NCBI GenBank assembly: GCA_012295275.1
Contig: CM022667.1
Span: forward strand, 17,670,001 to 17,734,000
Length of the DNA: 64,000 nt
Direction: 5' to 3'
Source: Chrysomallon squamiferum
Taxonomy: Eukaryota > Animalia > Mollusca
Position numbers and translations under genes: made by a program. Below are positions 51,928-64,000 of this stretch, in pieces (position 1 is the first letter of the stretch; every line of letters starts with the position of its first letter). Below the pieces are notes generated by a model. The model saw nothing but the letters and a program-made list of their open reading frames with translations, had not been told where the DNA came from and did not search any database.

Positions 51928-54786
51928 AAAACTGAAAAAAAGACAGTTAAGAAATTAAAAATAATCAAACATGAAAATATATTCTGAATGCATTATAGGC
52001 TCTACAGATTTTTTTGTTCCTACTTTAACAGATTTTTATTAATTGATTTTATTTATTTATTTATTAATAGAAAATTATCTTCAATTTTTCCTGTAAATTA
52101 ATCAGTTCGAAAAAAGTAATACAAATATATTTGTATCTGTACAAAAGTCTTGTCCAGACTGAGTCCGAGGCTATTTGTTTCTACTGTTGTTATTTTATTT
52201 CCTTTCCCTTTAACGTGCAGCATACTTTGTCCAGTTTGAAGATTATGTCCACAACAAGCATGTTTGATCACCTTTCTAAAGGTAGAATTGAGTAGGACCC
52301 TCATGCCACTATAATGAAGGCACTTTTTATTATTATTATTATTTTTTTAATAATGATATTATTTGTTTTGGTTGAATCTGCACTTATTATAATATTTTGT
52401 CTAAATATTATTTTGTAAGTCAAAACAGTTTTGGAATGTTAAATAAAAACAGAAAAAATCTCCAGTTGGTTTTCCATTCTTAAATAAAAGTGTAATAATA
52501 ATAATTTTGACAAAATTATAAAAATTGTAAAGAAATATTAGAAATTCTACCTAAAGTGCCTTTGTACATCATGAATAAACATCTCGCTAATTGTATATAT
52601 GAATGTATTCATGTTGTGTTTTTATATATATTCCAATAATAATAATAATAAATAATAATAATAATAATCTTAGAAGTGAATATTTGTTATATTTACTTAT
52701 AATATATGTGTGTGAATGTGTGTTGTATGTGATACATAAAATATGCCTTTGTAATTGAAAAAATGTATTATATACTTTCTAATTTCATATTAGAAGTGTG
52801 TGAGACAAAGTAATATAATGATATATAATAATTCAGAGATAAATCTGTATATATACACAAAAGAAACTTTATCATTAACTCAAAAGCACCTGTATAACAC
52901 CACAGTAAAAAACAACCTAACACATGCTGAATGAAAGAATTTCTGTGATAACAAATTATATTAACATTTCATTCCTGTTTAATTTAATTTTAATTTTTTA
53001 ATTTTTTTTTTGTTATGTGATTCAAATATTGGCATATTGGTACAGTTTTTCATCAAAGTGTCTTTAAGATACATGTTTTGTTTATATTTATATTTGTGAA
53101 TTTTGTATTTTTTGCTTGTGTAACAAGAAACATGTAAACAATGTTTGGCATAATTTTATTTTCTAAAAGATTTACAGCATTTTTAAAACTAATATCAAAA
53201 TTTCAGAAATGGTACAATGTTACCAAAAATGTAATTTATTGCTTAAAGATTGTGCCTTGCTCTGTGTGGTACAAATTATGAACAAAAGTAAAATTTATTT
53301 ATAAATGTTTTTTGTGTACTTGTAATAAGTACTGTTTATAAATGATATTTTATATTATGTAGATATATATATATATATATATATAAATATATATTTTTTT
53401 TTTTTTTAAAGAAAGCTATTATTGTCTCCAGTTTAATATTACTGTCTTTTTTGTTGTGAATGTTGTGGAATGTTAGTGCTGAAATGAGTAAATTGTAAAC
53501 ATTTATTAATATATATATTTGATTTATGTATTTACAATGTATACAGGTGGATGGTTTACATACAGTTATGGTATTTTATATCAGATATCTATTTTAAATA
53601 AATCTGTATAGTTACATTTATAATGTTTGTTTTTGTTATGAATGTTATTAATGAATAAAAAATATATTTCTCAGTTAGGTATCCATTATAAGAATGTTTA
53701 ATGACACCCTACAGAAAAGAAAAAAAACATCAGCTATAGGTGTCAGTTAGGGAAAAGAACAAAAAGGTGTATCCATTATAAAATGAAATTGTTTTAAATA
53801 TAGCTTGAAATTAACAATCTGAATGCATATAAATTACCAAATCATTTAATGATTGTTAATTATGTTGTTACAGTTTTTATCATTGTTATTATTATAAGTA
53901 GTATAAATATTACTGGTAATACACAGTAAGTTAAATATTGTCACATTACATCAGAAGAAAGAATGTTTGGTATGACAAAACATGGCTAAATTTTATTGTC
54001 AGTCATAACAATATGTATTTATTAGTTTATTATTGTTATTAAGATTCTTATCATTATTATTAATTTGTTATAATTTTGGTTAATGCCATTATTATTATTA
54101 CTATTATTATTATTATATATTATTATTTCATACTTAATTATTATAATTATTTTTAAACTCAGCAGATCCCTTTTTTAATTTTCTATTTATAATTTATTTA
54201 TTTATGTATTTATTATTGTTTTGTTGTAGTTATTGTCAATATCACTGAAGTGAGAATGGTTTTATATAGCTATACACTCACACCACTTACGACTGACAGT
54301 TATGTTTATTATATGCACAGAAAAGACAAGACAAAAAATGAAATATGAAATCTGCATCTGCCAATTAATTACAGATCATTTTGCATTTGAATTTTAACCA
54401 GATTAATATCAAGAAAAAAGTAATGTAAAATAAAGTCCCAATTCATATCCAATAAATTTTCAATTGCTTTTCAGATTTCCTTCTATAATTACAATAGCAT
54501 ATGTGGAGCCTATTGGAGATGACTTAATTTTACCTCCTACTGAACCTTAAAAAATTAATAAAAAGGAAAAATGTCAATAAATAATAACAATTTGTGAATA
54601 TAATTTTAAAGCAGTTTGAAGCTGTTAGAGTATAATTATTATTTAGTCCATCATAATATCTGTATATCTTAAGTCATTACCTCTTTGTACATTTGTAAAT
54701 GTATGTAAGAACTAATGAATCTTTTACAAAAATCCTTCACAGAGAACAGATACTGAGTTCAGAAGATTACTTATGAAGTATTGTTG

Positions 54787-54836
<50 letters not shown>

Positions 54837-54846
54837 AACACAAACA

Positions 54847-54891
<45 letters not shown>

Positions 54892-56379
54892 ACAAACACA
54901 CACACAGGATAAACACTGGCCTGAACTGGTTATTCTATTTATGTGACAGTTCTCTGAAAACAAAAAAGAAGTGGCATTGTTAAAATATAATGTAAACACA
55001 CAACCATCACAACTGGCTTTCTCTGTAGCCACTTGACTATCTAGCTTATCTAGACGCATTCCTGAATTAGATCACAACTCTTTAATTTAATCTTGCTTTA
55101 GAAATGAGTACAAAACCCATTATACTTTTGTTTTAAAGATTTCAGGCACTTAAGAAGATGTACACCTGTTTGTATATATAACAAGCAATTGGAAGACTAT
55201 TTCTCCTACATGTTACTACACAAGAGGCTAAGAAAACAAGTGTTTCAATGTTCCAAATAGAATGATTAAGAATAAAGATAGTCAGAATAGGTAATCATTT
55301 ATTTATGACTTCTTCATTACAGATTATTAAAAATTAAAATAATGTGCTTGACATAATAATAAAGTTCTAGGATTTATTGATCTATTGTATCTTTGTTATG
55401 GTCAAAAAAATCTCATGATTATGTACATCTAAAGCTAGAATACTTGAACGAATGAATATATTATTGAAAATTTGTTAAACACTTTCTGAACACATTTTGA
55501 TTATTTTTATTTTTTATATTTATAATTGAAAGAGAGGAAACATACTGCCACCATTTCTTTCAATTAGTAATAATGGATATTTTACAAAAGCCTTCCCAGA
55601 GAAGACCTGTTCACCAAGAACAGGAAGCACACTGAATATTGCTTCAGTAATAGATACTCTGTACATATGTAACATGAAATTTATTCATTTTCAGCCATAC
55701 AGCTATTAAATATATATATTTTTTTAAATCTAGCTAATGACTTTATGCCAGCAGGAAAATATTTATATAGTTGTCATTTTCTAATTATGGTTTCTAAAAA
55801 TAATATTTCTTTGTCCAGATATGAAATAATTGTGAAAAAGTATGATTTGTGAGATCATATTCCTAATGATTTTGTACTACTGTCAACAAACCACTGCTAT
55901 TTGTAATTAATCAATGGTTTTCAAGAATCAACTGCTTTTGCAGAGTAAAACTTTATTAATAGCTGCAATTAATACACGTTATACTGAACTCACAAAAACA
56001 GACTGTTTATAAAATAATATGCAGACTAGTGAATATATATATTTTTTACTGATGCTTTGTTGCAGAGAGAGAGAGAGAGAGAGAGAGAGTAATACAGATA
56101 GAATGAGAGAATGAGTTAAACAGAGATAGAAAGAGATACAGAGGAATGGTGAGAGAAGAAGTGAGAGGTCTGCATTAATGAAGCCCGAGATGTATTTTGT
56201 CACTCCACAGTTGTACAAAATCTTTTTTTTTTTTTAATGGCTGTAGATGTGCTTTCCTCTGTTTTCTACTAATCAATAAAACATATTTTTCTCTTCCACA
56301 TGATAGCTATCACCTAGTAACTGCTAATACTAAGTTTAGATGAGTTTCATTTCATAGATGGTGGTTGTAAATGACATTT

Positions 56380-56900
56380 CAGTAATGTACTCCCAGCTCG
56401 GTTTGTTTATTTATTTATTAAAATGTTTCTAGGACACTGAACTTCTAGCGTTTTATTTGAGATAATACGAATTAAATTAATACTTATTATTAAATAAATA
56501 ACTGTGAAGCCTAACTACTGGCTTTTCTAAGTAGGGCGCGCCACGCAAAGGCAGCGCACCGACCAGTTTCTGTTTCGGTAAGCTACCTGAAAGGTGGTGT
56601 TAGATATTTCGATACAGACACAGTGCTTGTCATAGGAGCAGTTTTCCGTAAATAACACTCTTGTACATAGCTGGATGCCTGTATAAGTCATACGTGGGTG
56701 CTACTGTAGCGGGTGATTTATGCGTCATGAAACTACTTTGGCGATAAACAATGTCTATGAAATTTCTGTAATATAAGAGGAAGATCTTAAAATCCTTAAA
56801 GATCAATGCATGACACATATATAAGAACATCTAGGCAAAATTAATTTCTGATTAGATATGCGATTTTTTATTCACTCCGACATATAGCCAGCGTACTCCA
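56380..56900 (+). promoter_or_regulatory. Candidate promoter/first non-coding exon of the opsin-like GPCR
   Basis: Abrupt onset of CpG-rich sequence (GGGCGCGCCACGC...GCGCACCG) followed by donor-like CG|GTAAGC at 56578. Confidence 0.4.
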
Positions 56901-58020
56901 ATTTAATTCGTTTAAATTTCCAATACTCAAACAATTCAAAGAATTGGATTCGAAAATTCGTATTTTGAATAAGATGAGAAGAGTGAACCAAACAACCTTC
57001 CAATCACACCTTGATTATTTCTGTTGGCTACAGATGATGAAGAATGCTGAAGATCTTTTTCTTGCGTTTCTAGCAGGGGTTCGCTCAATTCATCGATAAA
57101 ATTATTCAAATCTGTGTACTTTTTAGCCCTTGTTCCTATTATAAATATATATTAAAAGGAAAACTTGTTTTATTTATGCCGTGAAAAATAATAATAAAAA
57201 CCCCCAATAATAAACAAACTTATAATTGAACTAAGCGCATAGATCACACACCAAAGTAGCACCCATACGTGCGCGCGGATGCACGCAAACGCACACATAC
57301 TTAAACATATTTATGCATGCATGCATTAACGAAAGCAGGCACCTGCATACAATACATACACAGACATATCTACGGTACTCTTTCGTTTTGTTCTTGTTAT
57401 GATTACTGACGTTGTTATTTTTATTTATTTATTTATTTATTTATTACACGTTGTATTGTATAAATTTTATTATTTAAAAATTTTGATATTATTATAGAAG
57501 TCGCTTGTCATTCTGAAGATATCGTTTTTAATTTTAAACATTAAGTAGCTAATTCTTTATCAATTAACATACAAATATTATCTATCTACCTGTACAATAA
57601 AAGACTGGCTCTGTTATATCCGTGTATATCCAAACGACTTAATGCTGAGCTATGATTGGTGCTTCGATTTTCTCATCGATTTCTTCCGCTCTTTGCTAAG
57701 TAACCCTATGTCTAATCATTTGTCAAAATATACGAAACCATCTCAACATCACACGACACATTAACTGCTGTTATATATTGTTAATTAATTTCTGCTGCGA
57801 CGTTCTTTCAAACATTTCTTATTACTCTGTGACAACGGATTGAATTCATTTGATCTTTTTATTTATAAAAGAAGAAGTCGAAGAAGCTAAAAGGAAAAGT
57901 GGTTTACACAACTTGGCTATCAGAAATATCGAAATAAGATGGTCTGTAATATATTTTATTAAGAAGGATTTAACATTTTTTATTTTTAATATTATTTTTG
58001 TTTTATTTTATTATTAAAAC

Positions 58021-58056
<36 letters not shown>

Positions 58057-58749
58057 TTTCTGATCTGTCTGAATTAAACTATCTGAACTTAAGATAATTA
58101 AACTAGTTTAGAAATTATCATTATTCTAGTCAAAAACAATAATTGCTTTCTATGACATTTATACGGGAAATTTAAATTTTTTCAAACTATTTTTAAAAAC
58201 ATTTTTTGTATCATTGATGTTAAATATTATATAACTGGTTCAAAGCTAAGTATGTATATTTTTCAATTCTTCATCTGTTTTTTTGTTTCCTGTTATTGAC
58301 ATAAGTACATTATCGTGTGAACTTAGTAACCTACATCAAGCTCGATTTATTTATTTATTTATTAAAATATTTATTTATTTGCTTCTTTCTTTCTTTGGTT
58401 TTGCATTTTTGTTTTGTTTGTTTTCTAAATTATTTTAAGTTTGTGAGTGTTTGTATAATGATCAATTTTAATATAATTTCTGCTAAATGATCCCTCTATT
58501 TAAATAAATAAAACTTAGAATATAAAGAAAAATCGTGAGAAAGAAAGGAATAAAGAAACAGTTCTGTATCTACAACATCTTTTTTGGTTCGCTAACGCAT
58601 TTTTTCTAAACCACTTACCAAACTGAAACTTTTTATCTTTCTAATTACAGATAAACTCGAAAATAAATACATTTTTATAAACACGCTCAAAACAGAAGAT
58701 AAAGCATATATTTGCCAGAAGGAAGGTGAAATTCAAAAATTATTCAGAA

Positions 58750-59025
58750 ATGGAAAACGAAACGATGGAGACGACGACAGAAAAAATCCTCCAAGCAACT
58801 ACCTTGGCTGTAATCCAAGTACTGGGATTAATTCTCAACATCACCGTTCTTGTCGTCTTCGTCAACAGCAAATCACTGCGAGCATCAGGCCACAACGTCT
58901 TCGTAATGAATCTTATTGCTTGCGACTTTATCTTCCTCGTCTCAGTTATGCCCATCTCACTCGTAGACGTCATTTGTCCCGAAGAGGTCTGTGCTTCCGT
59001 TCTTAGAAACGGATTTCTTTGTCAG
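58750..59025 (+). CDS. Opsin-like/orphan class A GPCR, coding exon 1 (TM1-TM2)
   Basis: MENETMETTTEK...GLILNITV...NVFVMNLIACD...LCQ; acceptor at 58650; donor CAG|GTGAGT; phase 0. Confidence 0.9.
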
Positions 59026-59083
59026 GTGAGTCATTTGTTTTAGTTTTATAATTTATTATTATTGTTAGCTGTCATAATTTTCA

Positions 59084-59115
<32 letters not shown>

Positions 59116-59251
59116 AGTAATTACCTCTAAGTGGTGCTAGTAGTAGTAGTAATAGCAGTTACAAAACGCACACACACACACTCATACACATATATGAGAG
59201 CGATTTGTACGAGTAATTCGTTCCTATTAAGAGAAAACTATGGAATAGTAT

Positions 59252-59320
<69 letters not shown>

Positions 59321-59365
59321 ATACAGTAAACACCTATTAACAAATATTTATCTATATTTATTCAG

Positions 59366-59498
59366 ATAACTGGTTACATAACAACATTTCACTGCATGAT
59401 GGCGGCTTATACACTGGCAGTCATAGCAATAGACCGATACGTAGCCGTGGTCCGCAGCGGAAAGCAACAATATAGTGACAACAAAAAGCCTTGGATAA
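59366..59498 (+). CDS. Opsin-like/orphan GPCR, coding exon 2 (TM3, DRY)
   Basis: Acceptor ttattcag|; ITGYITTFHCMMAAYTLAVIAIDRYVAVV...KKPWI; donor AA|GTCAGT; phase 0 to 1. Confidence 0.88.
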
Positions 59499-59960
59499 GT
59501 CAGTGCACACATATATATATATTATGTGTGTGTGTGTGTGTGTGTATGTGTATATATTATGTGTGTGTGTGTGTGTGTATGTATGTATATATATATGTGT
59601 GTGTATGTGTATATATGATAAGAACCAGCAAGGTCTCATCCAGAAAAAAACACATTTAGGAGATAACTAACACTGAAGTAATTTATGTAGAAACAAAAAA
59701 GAAAATTATAAGTGATATTGATAAACTTGTTCATGCTGTGGTTCATACGTTTATAGGAAATCATAAAAATGTTCATGGTTACATTTAAATGTGACTGCTG
59801 TGGGTTGTTAGACTAGTTGGACACTGATGAAGCCTATTAACATTTATCATTAAATTATTTAAACTGATTTCTGATTTCTTGTGACCTCTTGTTTTCATTT
59901 ATGTCGTATTTACTCCTCTCTCTCTGTATTGTTCTCGTTATTTCTCTCTTCCTCTAAAAT

Positions 59961-59998
<38 letters not shown>

Positions 59999-60252
59999 AT
60001 ACATCTGTACTTTTCTTTGCTTTATTGTCGATCCTACTATAGCTTTGTTTAAACTGTCTGTGTTAACAGAAACATACAATACGAGGTCATACCGAAAAAG
60101 ATATGCACCTTTTGGGCTCTAATAATAATTATTTGTTTGCATGCGTGTATGCATGTGTGTATGTATGTGTGTGTGTGTGTGTGTTAAAATCTTTTGATCT
60201 ATCATTATCCTGTATTTGGCTGGTTCATTACTGACTGAATAATCTATTTCAG

Positions 60253-60663
60253 TATCATTGTGTTTTGTCTGGATGTTGGCTGCACTCACAGCTTCGCCTC
60301 CATTGCTGTTTCCTGACAATGCACAGTACAAATACGACTCCGGAACCAAACACTGTTCTCCACTACTCAAAAGCAATTGTTGGTTTTTCTGGTTCGCTGC
60401 CACTAACGGCATCGGCGCAGTTACCCCCACCATGACATTCTGTTACATCGGCATCGTGAGGGAGGTCAGACGCCAACGACGTAAAGTGCTCGGCATTAAC
60501 AATGTGAGTAAACAGCAGACGTCAACGACGGATGTGACATCGCCGTACATTATTGCAGAGGGGCTCAAATCACGTGACCAAAGTGAGATTATCGTGGAGA
60601 ACAAACAGAAGACGCAATCGCAAAGTTCGAGAAATAAATTAGATCGAGAAGTAGCCAAACGAG
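60253..60663 (+). CDS. Opsin-like/orphan GPCR, coding exon 3 (TM4-TM5, ICL3)
   Basis: Acceptor ctatttcag|; ISLCFVWMLAALTASPPLL...HCSP...PTMTFCY...DREVAKR; donor AG|GTAAGA; phase 1 to 1. Confidence 0.9.
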
Positions 60664-60825
60664 GTAAGATATTTTAAGTTAATTTTTATTTATACATTTA
60701 TTTATTTGTTTATTGTGTTTATTGTTGTTGTTGATGTTGATGTTGTTATTATAATTATGATTAAATTTGTTATTCTTCTTATTCGGCTTCTGGAAATATT
60801 AAATTATTTATTATTAATTTATCTT

Positions 60826-60891
<66 letters not shown>

Positions 60892-61026
60892 TAGATAGAC
60901 AGACAGAGAGATAGATAGATAAATAGACAGACAGATAGATAGATTATTATTATTATTATTAAAATTTAAATTAGTTATTCAAAATATTTAATTATTTAAT
61001 TTATTTATTATTATTTTTTTTTTTAG

Positions 61027-61247
61027 GTGCTGTCATGGTTATGGCCTATTTATTATGCTGGAGTCCTTATACGTTGGTTCACGCATGCCCAGTACGGCTC
61101 CTCGGTCCTTTGTGGATGGAAGTGACATCAATGTGGATCGCCTATACCCTAACAATATGGAATCCGATTATCTACGTATTCAACAATAGACAATTCAAAG
61201 AGGAATTGAAAAAGTTACTGAAAAGAAAAAAACAGCTTTGCTGCTGA
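61027..61247 (+). CDS. Opsin-like/orphan GPCR, coding exon 4 (TM6-TM7, helix 8)
   Basis: Poly-T acceptor; GAVMVMAYLLCWSPY...MWIAYTLTIWNPIIYVFNNRQFKEEL...QLCC*. Spliced CDS is 1041 nt (346 aa). Confidence 0.9.
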
Positions 61248-62017
61248 CAAAATATTTACAGTATAGATATAGTTTCAAAAAAAGACTATTTAAATGATGG
61301 TTATGTTGGGATAGAGGAAAACAAATGAAATATTTTCTGTTATCTATCCCAGTTGCGGACAGCCATTTTGTTTCCAAAATTCGAAGTGGTTAACTAACAT
61401 TCCCGCGTATTTTAATGTTCCAAAATTCGTTAACCAATAATTTTAATAATAAAGTTTATTACATGCAGTTCTGTGGAATACACCTACGTTCGGCTATCTG
61501 ACACAGTAAATACAAACATTCGACTGTTATTCTTTATAGATAGAAAATCGTATTCCCGAGATTATGAAATAGAATGCTTTTAGGGTATCAACAGATTATC
61601 CAACCAGTGAGTACACTGAATGAATAATTAGCAGTAAACATTTAAAGTAACTAGCACATATCTGTGGTCCAGATGTAGCCCACCTCTGGGACAAATAAAT
61701 GTTCTTGCTGGGTAATATCAGATTACTGTGAACAAAATATCACACACACACACACACACACACACACTTACTCACAAAATAAGGAAAAATATATGAATTT
61801 AACAAACATAAATGATGCTTTACCAAAAGGTATTTATTTTTTTGTTTAGATTTCGTAATTAGACGTAATGGATTGTTGACATTTCACTGAAAAACTTCAC
61901 ATTGCTCATTATTTTGATGGGTTATTTTATTTATTTTCTAAAATGTTTTGCACATAAAATGCATCAAAGAAAACAGATAATATATATATAAAAAAAGCCT
62001 TAAGCATATTAGTATCA

Positions 62018-62094
<77 letters not shown>

Positions 62095-62993
62095 GCAACA
62101 TTATAAAAAATGTATTATATCGTAAATACTCTGTTTTGTTGTTGTCGTTGTTATTATGTTTTGTTATTAAGACATTTGTATGCATTCGATATATCTACAT
62201 TGTGTACATTGTGTGAGGTTTTTTCGCTGGTCACGTTTTATATTCAACTGATTTGAAACCCAGGGAATTTGACACTAATCGCTTGTCCTTGTCAAGCAGT
62301 AATTGTTTATCTGTTAAGGGTTAATCTCTTTCTTAATATCGTATTTTCGTGTTTTATGTTACTATCTTTATACAGGTGATTAAACAAAATATTAACTTTC
62401 TTTATTCCTCCAGTCTTTTTTTAGGGGTTTATCGTTGACACAGAGTAGAATAATACGCAGTTTATGTTGACTGATCCAAGCCGATGACTATAGTAGTAGA
62501 AATGGCAAACACTGAACTGACAGAAATCGGGCGCTGCTTCTGACTTACCCTATGTATCAGATAAATACATACACGCATAGACATGTATGTTAGAATATAC
62601 ATGTCTATGCGTGTGGGCGTATCTGTATGTGAATGTGTGCATTTTTCTGTTGTTAATTATTCTTTATATATATATAGATATATAATGTCCTGTTGTTTAT
62701 TGTACTGTTCATAATTGTTGATGTGCGCATAGTTACTGAAAAAAATCGTTTATTTTATTTTATTTTATTTTATTTTGATTTGATTTGATTATTATTTTTC
62801 TTAATTATGTTTAATTTAAGTTCTAATTTTAAGCGATGCATTATTTCATATGTCATTACTACAAACGTATGTTTGTACAAATATACGGCATTTTTATTAT
62901 TGCCAGTCGGTCAACATCTTGTGAAATAATAATATTTTAAACTGAAAATGTACTGTAAATTAATATACAGCAATTTATTATTATTATTATTAT

Positions 62994-63037
<44 letters not shown>

Positions 63038-63408
63038 TTACTGAGAATTGCGAAAAAACGTCAGCATTTTAGGCATGATCAAATGACGTCATATCAGAAA
63101 CCATTCGTTACTTACATTGCTCTCGTTCTTCAGCATGAATTGTTGAGATGAAACGAATAACAAGAGGTTTGACTGATGGAGAAGTACAAAGTGATCATTC
63201 TAATTTTTAATACTTCCAGATAGGAACTGATTTTGAAACGAGGCCTAGAAAACTGATTTCATAACAGGGGCAGATTATGCATTAGGTAAGGGAAGGGAAT
63301 TTCCTAAATGTATTATATATATATTGTTTGTTTGTTTATTTTTGTTTTATTTATTAACTTTTTATTTTATTTAATTTATTTATGGTGATAGATTTAATTT
63401 AAATACCT

Positions 63409-63652
63409 TAACATTATTTAGCAGTATTATCAGATTGTGGTATAACTAAATGACTAAATCGATTTGAGAAGAGAAATGTAAAATGCACATAGCTTTCATT
63501 AGTCCATTAAAAGATAGCACAATTAATTTAATACACTAACATTATTTAGCAGTTTACCAAATTGTGGTATGACTAAATAACTGAATAACTAAATCGATTT
63601 GAGAAGAGGTGTGAAATGCACATAGCTATCATTAGTCCATTAAAAGATAGCA
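63409..63652. repeat. ~128-bp diverged tandem duplication
   Basis: taacattatttagcagt...actaaatcgatttgagaagag...tcattagtccattaaaagatagca at 63409 and 63537. Confidence 0.9.
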
Positions 63653-64000
63653 TGCACAACCTATTTTTTGTTATGGATCAGTATCTTATGTATTAGTCAT
63701 CAGTGCATTTTCCTACATTTTCACAGTGTAGAATTTACATTTTTGTGCATGCCAGGTCATTGTTATACGCAACAAATGAGAAATCAAATTTAAAATGGCT
63801 GCTACGGATAATTAATACTGTCAATATTTAAAATATTAATCAGTATAAAAACGAGAAACTTGATACTGAGGTTTGTTTCTGTGTTTTCATAAGCAGGATT
63901 CTGCTGAAAGCTCTTGTGGTAATCCAAACCATTGTTATGTGCATAAACTGAGAAAGCGCCTAAATCGAAATTAACTTTACTTTTTTATGTTCAAGTTTTT

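Overview
Very AT-rich, microsatellite-dense eukaryotic genomic DNA with GT-AG introns. The style suggests an invertebrate, probably a lophotrochozoan or mollusc such as a coleoid cephalopod; this is inference only. (1) A minus-strand LRRCC1-like gene (N-terminal LRRs plus LRRcap) starts at 50231. I can splice nine in-phase coding exons. Exon 9 (17261-17138) is absent from the ORF track and lies 27.4 kb from exon 8, and the gene apparently continues off the left end. (2) Nested antisense in that 27-kb intron is a tandem cluster of FMRFamide-receptor-like class A GPCR loci with intronless coding regions: a canonical receptor (21507-22625), a divergent paralog lacking the TM6 Pro and TM7 Tyr (36509-37558) and a pseudogene of the latter (~41690-42611). 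(3) Head-to-head with LRRCC1 is an unrecognised 181-aa ORF with three PY (WW-ligand) motifs (51382-51927). (4) A four-exon, 346-aa opsin-like class A GPCR (58750-61247) has Tyr in place of the Schiff-base Lys. CpG is depleted across the LRRCC1 body and retained at the shared promoter and from ~56.4 kb onward, consistent with mosaic gene-body methylation. The rest is MITE/SINE remnants, local duplications and simple repeats. All homology calls come from motif recognition by eye; no searches were run.
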